Below, one piece after another: positions 28,957 to 37,391 of a stretch of 48,677 nt of DNA. How positions within the stretch are numbered: position 1 is the first letter of the stretch; each line of letters starts with the position of its first letter. The DNA lies in contig JBLNDL010000099.1 of assembly GCA_050261575.1 (NCBI GenBank), positions 1 to 48,677 of the forward strand, read 5' to 3'. A model generated the notes under the pieces. It was not told where the DNA came from. It saw nothing but the letters and a program-made list of their open reading frames with translations, and did not search any database. Origin of the DNA: Sphingomonadaceae bacterium. GTDB taxonomy: Bacteria; Chloroflexota; UBA6077. The position numbers were made by a program, and so were the translations under genes.

Positions 28957-29541
28957 ATGCTCAAGGTGTTGAAGGTGACCGCAGCGGTGTTGCTGCTACA
29001 GTCGATGATGCACGTCACAGTGCTGGCCCAGGACTTCACTTCACTGGTGTCCAGCGCTGCTTCGGCCACCCAACAGTTCGTGGACCAGACAAACCTGGCC
29101 CTGGAGGCGACCGATCTGGCTACCCTTCAGGCGCGGACTCGCACCGCGGTGGCCACCGGCCAGCAGGTGGAGTCGCTCCTGCAGACGGCTCTATCCGTGG
29201 CTCCCGACGATCCATCCCGATCCCGAGTGGAAGGGGTCCTGACCCACATCAGGGCGGCTGTGGCGTCCGGGCAGGATGCGCTTCAGGCTACTGAGTTCGG
29301 TGCTGCTCGGGGCGCGGTAGACGCCATGAGGGGCGAGGCCGAGGAGGCTCTCACCGAACTGGCACCGTTTGGCCGCGAGGTGGTCGCTCCGGCGACGCCC
29401 GTTCCTGCCCAGTTGCCTCAGGCAGGCGATACAGTATCGTCTCCTTGGGGTGGAGCCTTCGCCGCGGCAGCCCTGGCCCTGGGCGGTGCCGGTGCCATTC
29501 TGGCCGGTTTGGGGATTCGTGCAAAGGCTGCCTTGCGGTAG
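28957..29541 (+). CDS. Secreted helical protein with LPxAG sortase-like sorting signal
   Basis: AAAGGAG RBS; signal peptide; C-terminal LPQAG + hydrophobic stretch + basic tail. Confidence 0.65.
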   Translation: MLKVLKVTAAVLLLQSMMHVTVLAQDFTSLVSSAASATQQFVDQTNLALEATDLATLQARTRTAVATGQQVESLLQTALSVAPDDPSRSRVEGVLTHIRAAVASGQDALQATEFGAARGAVDAMRGEAEEALTELAPFGREVVAPATPVPAQLPQAGDTVSSPWGGAFAAAALALGGAGAILAGLGIRAKAALR

Positions 29542-29700
29542 CCTTCCTTCGGTGGTTGGGGGTTGGCAGCGCCTGCCCCCAACCACACCGTGATCGCTCC
29601 GGATGCATTCACCTCGATACCCAGCTACAATACGCGGGATGTGGCAGGGCTCTTGCACCTGCCGCAGCACAGTCGCGAGGGTGGCGAGGGGGACGAGTGC

Positions 29701-30180
29701 ATGCCCAGGGTTAGGACGATGGCCGCCGTGTCTGCCGGCGGCGTGGTGGCGAGAAAGGTGGACGGGCGGATCCAGGTGGCCCTCGTCGGCGACTCTCAGC
29801 GCGGCGCCTGGTATCTGCCGAAGGGTGGTCTGGACAAGGGCGAGACCATCGAGCAGGCGGCTCTTCGCGAGGTGACCGAAGAGACGGGCTTGAAGGTGAA
29901 GATAGTGAGACCCATCAGGGCCATAGAGTACTGGTTCTTCGTGCGGGGGGGACGGGTCCACAAGAAGGTCCACTACTTCCTGATGGAGCCCACCGGCGGG
30001 GACTTCTCGTTGAGGGACGAGGAGAACGATAGGGCCGGCTGGTTCGACCTGGACGAGGCACTCGCGATCATGAGCTACGCAAACGAGGCCGAGGTGGTCC
30101 GCGAGGGGGTGGCTGCCCTGCAATGCGAGCCTCACCCTACAAAGGAGACCCGCTCGACCGCTTCAGATACTTCTTCCTGA
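29701..30180 (+). CDS. NUDIX hydrolase
   Basis: SAGGVV; LPKGGLDKGETIEQAALREVTEETG Nudix box. Confidence 0.92.
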   Translation: MPRVRTMAAVSAGGVVARKVDGRIQVALVGDSQRGAWYLPKGGLDKGETIEQAALREVTEETGLKVKIVRPIRAIEYWFFVRGGRVHKKVHYFLMEPTGGDFSLRDEENDRAGWFDLDEALAIMSYANEAEVVREGVAALQCEPHPTKETRSTASDTSS

Positions 30181-30808
30181 TCTTGGTGAAGCTGGAGGCT
30201 ACGTGGGCTAGGGGGGTCGTCAGCTTCCCGTGGATCGTCCCCTGGGCAAGGGATCGCAGAAAACCGTCTCTCCCCTCGAAATCCGGCATCTCCACGTATG
30301 AGTTGCCCAGTTCCCACCAGACGTGGGAATCGCTTCCCGCTCCCTGCAGCTTGCCGTGCTCCCGAGCGAAGCTCATCGCCTTCTCCACGTCCTGGTGAAA
30401 GGAGATGCGGGAATTGTAGGTCTCTATGACGTCCACCTGGTCCAGGATCTCCATCAACGCCTCTCGACGGAGGACGCTTCTGCGGATCCGATCGAACGGG
30501 TGGGGCACGTAGACTACGCCACCCTGGCGGCGGATCTCCTCCACGGTGGCGCCTGGGCTCTTGCCCCGCGGGATCTCGTCGGTGAGGAAGAGGCCAATGA
30601 TCTCCCCCTCTGTCGTCTTGATCTCCTCACCTGGGATGACGTGGAAGGGGGCGAGGCTCTGCAACCGGCGGACGGCGGAGAAGCTGTTGTGGTCGGTGAG
30701 GGCGATGCAGTCGATGCCTCTCCGGAGGCAGGTGCGTACGATCGTGTCCAGCGACATGTTGCAGTCGGGGGACAATTGGCTGTGGAGGTGCAGATCGCAC
30801 TTCAGCAT
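30137..30808 (-). CDS. PHP-domain metal-dependent phosphoesterase
   Basis: DLHLHS, ALTDHN, GEEI, PHPF, AGSDSH. Confidence 0.9.
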   Translation of the reverse strand: MLKCDLHLHSQLSPDCNMSLDTIVRTCLRRGIDCIALTDHNSFSAVRRLQSLAPFHVIPGEEIKTTEGEIIGLFLTDEIPRGKSPGATVEEIRRQGGVVYVPHPFDRIRRSVLRREALMEILDQVDVIETYNSRISFHQDVEKAMSFAREHGKLQGAGSDSHVWWELGNSYVEMPDFEGRDGFLRSLAQGTIHGKLTTPLAHVASSFTKIRKKYLKRSSGSPL

Positions 30809-30810
30809 GT

Positions 30811-31251
30811 CTAGATCGAGATCAAGGCCACGAATATGCCCAGGCTGGCCCCGACGAGGACTTCGATCCGGGTGTGGCCCAACAGCTCTCGCAGCCGTTC
30901 CTCGTTCAACCTCTGGTGTTTGAAGTACTCATCTAGCATTCTGTTCAAGATGCGTGCCTGGATGCTCACTGCCTGCCGTATGCCCGCAGCGTCGTACATC
31001 ACGACGGCGGCGAACACCACTGCCAGAGCAAAGGCGGTGGACTTCACCCCGTCGGTAGCGGCCACCGAGGTGGCCAGTGCAGCCACCAGGGCAGAGTGGG
31101 AGCTGGGCATCCCTCCGGCGCTGACCAACCGCCAGAGGTCGAGTCTGTGCTCTCGGAGGAGAATGACCAGCACCTTGAGGACCTGGGCGACCGCCCAGGC
31201 CACGAACGAGACGATCAAGATGCGATTCTCGAGAAGGTCCAACGCAAACAC
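30811..31251 (-). CDS. Divergent PAP2 family (DUF212) membrane protein
   Basis: GGMPSSHSA, VMYDAAGIR, LRELLGHT..EV. Confidence 0.92.
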   Translation of the reverse strand: MFALDLLENRILIVSFVAWAVAQVLKVLVILLREHRLDLWRLVSAGGMPSSHSALVAALATSVAATDGVKSTAFALAVVFAAVVMYDAAGIRQAVSIQARILNRMLDEYFKHQRLNEERLRELLGHTRIEVLVGASLGIFVALISI

Positions 31252-31288
31252 CCTCAGGCGTCAGTGGTGGGTGACGAGCGGCTACTCG

Positions 31289-31519
31289 TCACTCGCTGCC
31301 CATCGGCTCCGACTCACCGCTGGCCAGAAGCCGACTCACCCGCAGCTCTGCTTGGTCCAGCTTCGAGGTGCAGAGGTTAGCCAACCTCATCCCCAACTCG
31401 AACTGCTCGATGCTGGCTTCCAGAGGTAGACCGCCCTCCTCCAGGGTCTGGATGGTGGTCTGGAGTCTCTCGAATGCCTCCTCGAAAGAGAGGTTGTCGA
31501 GAGGGAGTTGTTCGTTCAT
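31289..31519 (-). CDS. xseB: Exodeoxyribonuclease VII small subunit
   Basis: SFEEAFERL...LE.G.LPLE.S...FE.G..L...C...L..AE; follows xseA. Confidence 0.92.
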   Translation of the reverse strand: MNEQLPLDNLSFEEAFERLQTTIQTLEEGGLPLEASIEQFELGMRLANLCTSKLDQAELRVSRLLASGESEPMGSE

Positions 31520-31521
31520 GG

Positions 31522-32868
31522 CTAGCCCTCCTCACGACTCGAAGACGCTGTGCCGTGGTTCGTCCTGGCTGGCGCAGACACGGTGCCCAACCTGGCAGAA
31601 ACTGGCGATGGTGCCACCACCTCCGCCGCCTGCCCATGCTCCGTGGGTTCCGAACCCTCGGTCGAGGTGGCCGTCGACCGGATGGTTCCATCGGCAACCC
31701 TGATCCTCAGCGGGTCCCCCGGCTCCACGAGACGATGGCTTCGGACGAGCACCCCTTTTCCCAGGTTCTCGCAGAGGCAATAGCCGCGCTCCAGGGTCTG
31801 CAAGGGGCTGAGCGCCTCCAGCCGGAGCGCGGAGCCACGGAGAAGCTCGCGGGTCACTTGGAGCCTGTGGGCGAGGCAACGGTGTCCCCGCTCGATCAGG
31901 TCATCGACGCCGCGTCGGCGGGTCGCGATCTCGACCTCCGGTGAGTGGCGATCCAGGAGCCGTTTGGCCCGATCCAGGATGCTTTCCGACTCCTGCAGCC
32001 TGTCTCGCAGGGCCCGCACAAGGCGACGCCTGAGGTCCGCTATCTGCATGCGGCAGTCTAGCACATTGGGCGTAACCAGTTCTGCCGCTGCGGATGGGGT
32101 TGGTGCTCTCAAGTCGGCGACGAAGTCCGCGATGGTGTAATCGGTCTCGTGGCCGACTGCCGACACGACCGGCACCACGGAGCCGAAGATGGCCCTGGCA
32201 AGCCCTTCGTGGTTGAATGCGGCGAGGTCCTCCATCGATCCGCCACCCCTTGCGATGACGATGAGGTCCAGGGGCGCTCTTTCGAGATGGTAGTGGTTTA
32301 GCATCTCGAGCGCGGCTATCACCTCACCAGGCGCTGTGTCTCCCTGGACGGAGGATGGAGCGAAGACGATCTCCACCAAGGGGTAGCGGCGGCCTACGAT
32401 GGTCAGGAAGTCGTGGATGACCGCCCCGGTCGGCGAAGTGATGAGTCCGATGCGCCGAGGATAGGTGGGCAGCGGTCGCTTGCGCTCGGGGGCGAACAGT
32501 CCTTCGGCTTCCAGCTTGGCTCTAAGCGCCTCGAACTGGAGGTAGAGCAGTCCCACGCCCTCCGGCTGGACGGAGTCCACGTAAAGCTGGCAGCTCCCCT
32601 GAGCCTCGTAGAACGAGACACGGCCGTGGACCAGGACGCTGAGGCCGTTGGAGAGCTCGACCCCGAGCCTCCGCTGCGAGGCTCGGAACAGGGCACACCT
32701 CAGTTGGGACTGGCCGTCCTTCAGGGTGAAGTAGAGGTGTCCGGAGGGCGAGCGGGAGAAGTTGGATATCTCCCCGTGAACCCACAGGTCGGCCAGCAGC
32801 TCATCGTAGTCCATGAGCTGCTTGATGTAGGCTGTGATCTGGCCGACCTCGTAGATCTGCAAGTGCAA
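31522..32868 (-). CDS. xseA: Exodeoxyribonuclease VII large subunit
   Basis: GEISNF...SGHLYFTLKD, ARGGGS.EDL, SAVGHETD, RAPTPSAAAE, LSPL.TL.RGY. Confidence 0.96.
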   Translation of the reverse strand: MHLQIYEVGQITAYIKQLMDYDELLADLWVHGEISNFSRSPSGHLYFTLKDGQSQLRCALFRASQRRLGVELSNGLSVLVHGRVSFYEAQGSCQLYVDSVQPEGVGLLYLQFEALRAKLEAEGLFAPERKRPLPTYPRRIGLITSPTGAVIHDFLTIVGRRYPLVEIVFAPSSVQGDTAPGEVIAALEMLNHYHLERAPLDLIVIARGGGSMEDLAAFNHEGLARAIFGSVVPVVSAVGHETDYTIADFVADLRAPTPSAAAELVTPNVLDCRMQIADLRRRLVRALRDRLQESESILDRAKRLLDRHSPEVEIATRRRGVDDLIERGHRCLAHRLQVTRELLRGSALRLEALSPLQTLERGYCLCENLGKGVLVRSHRLVEPGDPLRIRVADGTIRSTATSTEGSEPTEHGQAAEVVAPSPVSARLGTVSAPARTNHGTASSSREEG

Positions 32869-32879
32869 CCTCGCTCGAC

Positions 32880-33015
32880 GAGCGATCAGCTATCAGCCGT
32901 CAGTCCTCTGGGACCACAGGTGTCTCTCGATACGGTATAGGTTTCCAGCCAGGGAATCCGATACGAGCCAGAGATACCTGCTCAGCCCGATAGCTGATGG
33001 CCGATAGCTGATAGC
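32880..33015. repeat. Inverted pair of heptamer arrays (CAGCTAT-type 32880-32903; CTGATAG-type 32987-33014)
   Basis: GAGCGAT CAGCTAT CAGCCGT versus CCGATAG CTGATGG CCGATAG CTGATAG; the right array lies in the last codons of the BCCP-like ORF. Confidence 0.65.
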
Positions 33016-33437
33016 CTGACTATCGGCTGCCCGTACTCGACGGGCTGGCCGCTCTCCACCAGGAAGTCCTCGACGATCCCAGCGACGTTGGAGGACACGC
33101 TGTGGGGCACCATCATCACCTCGATGTAGCCCACGACGTCGCCGGGCTCGATCCGGGTCCCCACTTCCACCTTCGGAGGGTCGGAGGGTTTCTCCGATCG
33201 CCTGAAGACTCCGACCGCTGGAGCCAGAACGACGAGCGGCTCCTCCTCGCCTGTCTCCTCGACGGTCGGTGCCGGTGCCGATTCCGACGGCTGCGCACGG
33301 GCCACCGACCGTCGCAGCGACACCCAGAAGTCTCCCTCCTGGATCTCGCATTCCTCGACGTCGCTGGCGGCAAGCAGATCCATCAGTCTGCCCAACTCTT
33401 CGGGATCGATGCCATCGAGGTTCAGCGGTCGAGCCAT
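32982..33437 (-). CDS. Biotin carboxyl carrier protein-like (AccB fold) lacking the biotinylated Lys
   Basis: AccB-like N-terminus (L..LM......V.E.EI), AP.VGVF.R, G.V...LVE.GQPVEYGQP; IEVMMV replaces IEAMK; downstream of efp as accB often is. Confidence 0.8.
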   Translation of the reverse strand: MARPLNLDGIDPEELGRLMDLLAASDVEECEIQEGDFWVSLRRSVARAQPSESAPAPTVEETGEEEPLVVLAPAVGVFRRSEKPSDPPKVEVGTRIEPGDVVGYIEVMMVPHSVSSNVAGIVEDFLVESGQPVEYGQPIVRLSAIGHQLSG

Positions 33438-33997
33438 TACCCGACGCGCTCCAGGTAGGTCCCGGTGCGGGTGTCCACGCGGATCGTCTCGCCCTGGTTT
33501 ACGAAGAGGGGAACCTGGACCGTGAGGCCGGTCTCCAGGGTTGCCGGCTTGGTGCCACCGGTGGCGGTGTCGCCCCTGAAGCCTGGCTCGGTATGCTCGA
33601 TCTTCAGATCCACAGTGATGGGGAGTTCCACGCCTATCGGCTGATCGTTGTAGCTGAGCAGCTCCAGCGTGACGTTCTCCTTCAGGTAGTTGACTGCGTC
33701 GTCCAACTGGTCTCGGGTGAGAGCGATCTGATCGAAGCTCTCGGTGTCCATGAAGTGATACTGGTCGCCATCGCTGTACAGGTACTGCACGGTCCTGTGG
33801 TCCAGCCGCACCCTCTGGAACTTCTCGGTCGCCTGGAAGCTCCGGTCGGTTATCTGGCCTGTCCGCACGTTGCGGAACTTCAGCCTCACCTGGGCGCTTC
33901 CTCGCCCCATCTTGATGTGCTGGAAGTCGATTATCTGCTGAAGCTGGCCGTCCAGCTCGATGATTATGCCCTTCTTGATGTCACCAACGTTGATCAA
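33437..33997 (-). CDS. efp: Elongation factor P
   Basis: QYLY, FMDTESFDQI, PGFRGDTATGGTKPATLETG, VPLFV, VDTRTG.Y..R; TTG start after GGAGG. Confidence 0.96.
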   Translation of the reverse strand: MINVGDIKKGIIIELDGQLQQIIDFQHIKMGRGSAQVRLKFRNVRTGQITDRSFQATEKFQRVRLDHRTVQYLYSDGDQYHFMDTESFDQIALTRDQLDDAVNYLKENVTLELLSYNDQPIGVELPITVDLKIEHTEPGFRGDTATGGTKPATLETGLTVQVPLFVNQGETIRVDTRTGTYLERVG

Positions 33998-33999
33998 TT

Positions 34000-35103
34000 C
34001 TATACCTCCATTGCTTCTAGCTGCTTCGGCGACCGCGTCAGCACGACTGGCTTGCCGCCCTGCAAGGTTACCAGATCCTCGATCCGGATACCCCCCCATC
34101 CAGGCAGGTAGATCCCAGGCTCCACGCTGAACACCATTCCGTCTTCCAAGACGTCTTCCGACGTTCGACTGAGCCTCGGAGCCTCGTGAATGGCTAGCCC
34201 CACCCCGTGGCCCAAGGAGTGAACGAACTGCTCACCGAGTCCGGCGGCTCCGATCACCTTTCGGGCGAGGGCGTCGGCTTTCCTCCCCACCATTCCCGAC
34301 CGAATCCGCTCCTCTGCCCTGGTCTGCGCGTCCAGGACCACCTTGTACAGCTCCTTCAATCGATCGTCTGCCTCACCGAGGACGATCGTGCGGGTGATGT
34401 CGGAGCAGTAGCCGTTCACCCGGGCTCCCCAATCGATGATGATGGTCTCGCCCGTCTGCAGGGGGCGATCCCCTGGGACGTGGTGGGGTCTGGACGCGTT
34501 GGGGCCAGAAGCCACGATTGGGTCGAAGGAAACCCCCTCGGATCCGTGCCTGCGAAGGAAGGCTTCGATCTCCCAGGCCAGCTCCCGTTCAGTGATCCCC
34601 GGTCTGGCGATTGAGAGAATGTGGGTGAATGCCTTGTCCGCCAGCGCCACGGCAGCTCGAATGGCCTCCAGCTCCTCCGCATCCTTCGATGCTCGCTGGA
34701 GGTCCACCACATCGTAGGTCGGGACCAGCATCGCGTTGGGATCGACAACCCCTCTGAGCTCCTCGAAGGTGCGGTAGGTCAGGTGGTTGCCCTCGAAGGC
34801 GATCCTTGACAGCCCAAGCTCCGGAAGGATCTGGCTCAAGGTGGCCGCCAGCTTCTCCTCGATCCGCAGCACCTCGTAGTCGGGAGCCTCTTCTTCGGCC
34901 TGTTCCACCGTTCGGCCGTCGGTCAGCAGGAGGTTGCGAGCTTCAGTGATGAGGAGATACCCTGCCGAATCCATCGGCGGGTGATCGTGTCCCGTGAAGC
35001 CGCTCAGATAGCGTCTCGACTCGGGCTGCGAGATGAGGAATGCGTTCACCCCGATCGTCGCCATCGTCTCCCGAAGCTTGGCGATGCGTGGGGCCACTGC
35101 CAT
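34000..35103 (-). CDS. Xaa-Pro aminopeptidase (M24 family)
   Basis: YLSGFTG, DWGA...GYCSDITRT, HSLGHGVGL.IHE.P, SVEPGIY, GIRIED. Confidence 0.94.
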   Translation of the reverse strand: MAVAPRIAKLRETMATIGVNAFLISQPESRRYLSGFTGHDHPPMDSAGYLLITEARNLLLTDGRTVEQAEEEAPDYEVLRIEEKLAATLSQILPELGLSRIAFEGNHLTYRTFEELRGVVDPNAMLVPTYDVVDLQRASKDAEELEAIRAAVALADKAFTHILSIARPGITERELAWEIEAFLRRHGSEGVSFDPIVASGPNASRPHHVPGDRPLQTGETIIIDWGARVNGYCSDITRTIVLGEADDRLKELYKVVLDAQTRAEERIRSGMVGRKADALARKVIGAAGLGEQFVHSLGHGVGLAIHEAPRLSRTSEDVLEDGMVFSVEPGIYLPGWGGIRIEDLVTLQGGKPVVLTRSPKQLEAMEV

Positions 35104-35137
35104 ATGGACCTCCTCGTTCCCTCTCTTCGGAGAGGCT

Positions 35138-35185
35138 GCCCTCACCCCGTGAACGTGCCTTTAGGCACGTTCACGGGGTGAGGGC
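35138..35185. repeat. Perfect 23-bp inverted repeat between topA and the peptidase gene
   Basis: GCCCTCACCCCGTGAACGTGCCT-TT-AGGCACGTTCACGGGGTGAGGGC. Confidence 0.85.
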
Positions 35186-35190
35186 CTGTG

Positions 35191-37386
35191 TTACGCCGTG
35201 CGCTTCCTGGTCGAGCGGGCGGTCTTGGTGGCCCGGCCCTTTGCCAGCACCGGCGCCGTTTCGGCGGCGGTGCTCGCACCCTCCGGTTCGGCCGGGCTGC
35301 AGCGGACGCAGCGCGCGCCTCCCTTCCCGACCTCCACCATCAGCCCACCGCACTGCGGACAGGGCTGCGGCAGTGGCCTCTGCCAGGAGGTCCACTTGCA
35401 CTCGGGGAAGCGGCTGCATCCATAGAAGGTGCGCCGTTGCTTCGTACGCCTCTCCACCAGGTCGGCGCCGCACTCGGGGCATGCCACGCCGATCTTCTTG
35501 AGGAGCGGCTTGGCATTCCTGCACTCTGGGAAGCCGCTGCACCCCATGAACTTCCCGAAGCGGCCCATGCGGATGACCATGGGCTTGCCGCACTTCTCGC
35601 ACACCTCGTCGGTGGGCTCCGGCTCGATCTTCACCCGCTCTATGCTCGCGCCGGCCTTGTCCAGGTCCTGCCTGAAGGGCTCGTAGAAGGCGCGGACCAC
35701 GGGTACCCAGGGCTGCTCGCCCGAGGCTACCCCGTCCAGCTTCTCCTCCATGTTGGCGGTGAAGTCGACGTCGATCACCTCCGGGAAGTTCTCCACCAGG
35801 AGGTCGTTGACGATGCAGCCCAGCTCGGTGGGGCAGAGCCTCTTGTCCACTCGCTCCACGTAGCCGCGCTCCTGGATCGTCGAGATAATCGGGGCGTACG
35901 TGCTGGGCCGGCCGATGCCCCTCTCCTCCAGCGCCTTCACCAAGGTGGCCTCGGAGTAGCGCGCTGGCGGCTGGGTGAAGTGCTGTTCGCTGAACAGCCG
36001 CACCAGTCGCAGATCCTCTCCCGTCGCAAGCTCCGGCAACGGCTTCTGGGTGTCCTCGTCCTGCTCCTCGTCGTCTCGGCCCTCACGGTACACGGAGAGG
36101 AAGCCCGGGAACACCACCAGGGATCCTGTGGCCCGGAAGAGGTAGTCGCCGCTGGACTGAGCGCCCTTCGCTTCCACATCCACCGTGGTGACTTCGTACC
36201 TGGCCGAAGCCATCTGGCACGCGACGAAGCGCTTCCAGATCAGGTCGTACAGTTTGAACTGATCGGCGCTCAGGTGCTGCTTGATCTTCGACGGCTCCCT
36301 GAACACCGAGGTGGGCCGGATCGCCTCGTGGGCCTCCTGCGCGAGCTTGCTCTTGGTCCTGTAAACACGAGGAGCCTCCGGAACGTTGTCGGGTCCGTAG
36401 CGCTCCTGGATGAAGCCGCGCACCTCCCTGACCGCCGACTCCGCTATCTGGGTGGAGTCGGTTCGCATGTAGGTGATCAGGCCCACGCTGCCCTCCGAGC
36501 CCACGTCGAGGCCCTCGTATAGTTGCTGTGCAACCGCCATGGTTCGCTTGGCGGTGAAGCCCAGCTTGCGCCCCGCCTCCTGCTGCAGGGTGCTGGTCGT
36601 GAAAGGAGCGGCGGGGGTGCGCGCCTGCTCCTTGACCCGCACGTCGGCGACCCGATACGCCGCTCCCTCCAGGTCGGCCAGCACACGTTTCGAGTCCTCC
36701 TCGTTGGCCAGCTCGGGCTTCTTGCCCAGGGCCTGCACCAGGGTCGCCCGGAACGTGGCTGGCTTTCCGCGGCCGATCCTGGCGAGCTTCTTGGCCAGTT
36801 CGGCTTCCACCGTCCAGTATTCCACCGGGTTGAAGTTCTCGATCTCCCGTTCTCGCTCGACGATGAGCCGCACGGCGACCGACTGGACGCGGCCGGCCGA
36901 GAGGCCTCGGCGCACCTTTCTCCACAGCAGCGGGCTGAGGTTGTAGCCTACCAGCCGGTCGAGGATACGCCGAGCCTGCTGAGCATCCACCCGCTTCATG
37001 TCGATCTGGCGGGGGGCCTTGACGGCCCTCTGGATCGCCTCCTTGGTGATCTCGTGGAACTCGATGCGACGGATCGGCTTGTCGTCCGCGCCGATGGCCG
37101 TCGCCAGGTGCCACGCGATCGCCTCACCCTCGCGGTCGGGGTCGGTGGCCAGGAAGATGGCATCGGCGGCCTTTGCCCGATCCTTCAATTCCTTGACCAC
37201 CGACCTCTTGTCGCGAGGTATCACGTACTTTGGGGAGAAATCGTGCTCCAGGTCGACGCCCAATTCGCTCTTGGGCAGGTCGCGGACGTGCCCCATGCTG
37301 GCGTCGACGGAGTACTCCTTCCCCAGAAACTTCTGAATCGTCCTGGCCTTGGCAGGCGATTCCACGATCACAAGCTTTTTCGCCAC
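35191..37386 (-). CDS. topA: DNA topoisomerase I
   Basis: IVESPAKA, ATDPDREGE, SAGRVQS, ITYMRTDS, GIGRPSTY, C-terminal zinc ribbons. Confidence 0.97.
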   Translation of the reverse strand: MAKKLVIVESPAKARTIQKFLGKEYSVDASMGHVRDLPKSELGVDLEHDFSPKYVIPRDKRSVVKELKDRAKAADAIFLATDPDREGEAIAWHLATAIGADDKPIRRIEFHEITKEAIQRAVKAPRQIDMKRVDAQQARRILDRLVGYNLSPLLWRKVRRGLSAGRVQSVAVRLIVEREREIENFNPVEYWTVEAELAKKLARIGRGKPATFRATLVQALGKKPELANEEDSKRVLADLEGAAYRVADVRVKEQARTPAAPFTTSTLQQEAGRKLGFTAKRTMAVAQQLYEGLDVGSEGSVGLITYMRTDSTQIAESAVREVRGFIQERYGPDNVPEAPRVYRTKSKLAQEAHEAIRPTSVFREPSKIKQHLSADQFKLYDLIWKRFVACQMASARYEVTTVDVEAKGAQSSGDYLFRATGSLVVFPGFLSVYREGRDDEEQDEDTQKPLPELATGEDLRLVRLFSEQHFTQPPARYSEATLVKALEERGIGRPSTYAPIISTIQERGYVERVDKRLCPTELGCIVNDLLVENFPEVIDVDFTANMEEKLDGVASGEQPWVPVVRAFYEPFRQDLDKAGASIERVKIEPEPTDEVCEKCGKPMVIRMGRFGKFMGCSGFPECRNAKPLLKKIGVACPECGADLVERRTKQRRTFYGCSRFPECKWTSWQRPLPQPCPQCGGLMVEVGKGGARCVRCSPAEPEGASTAAETAPVLAKGRATKTARSTRKRTA

Positions 37387-37391
37387 GTCGC

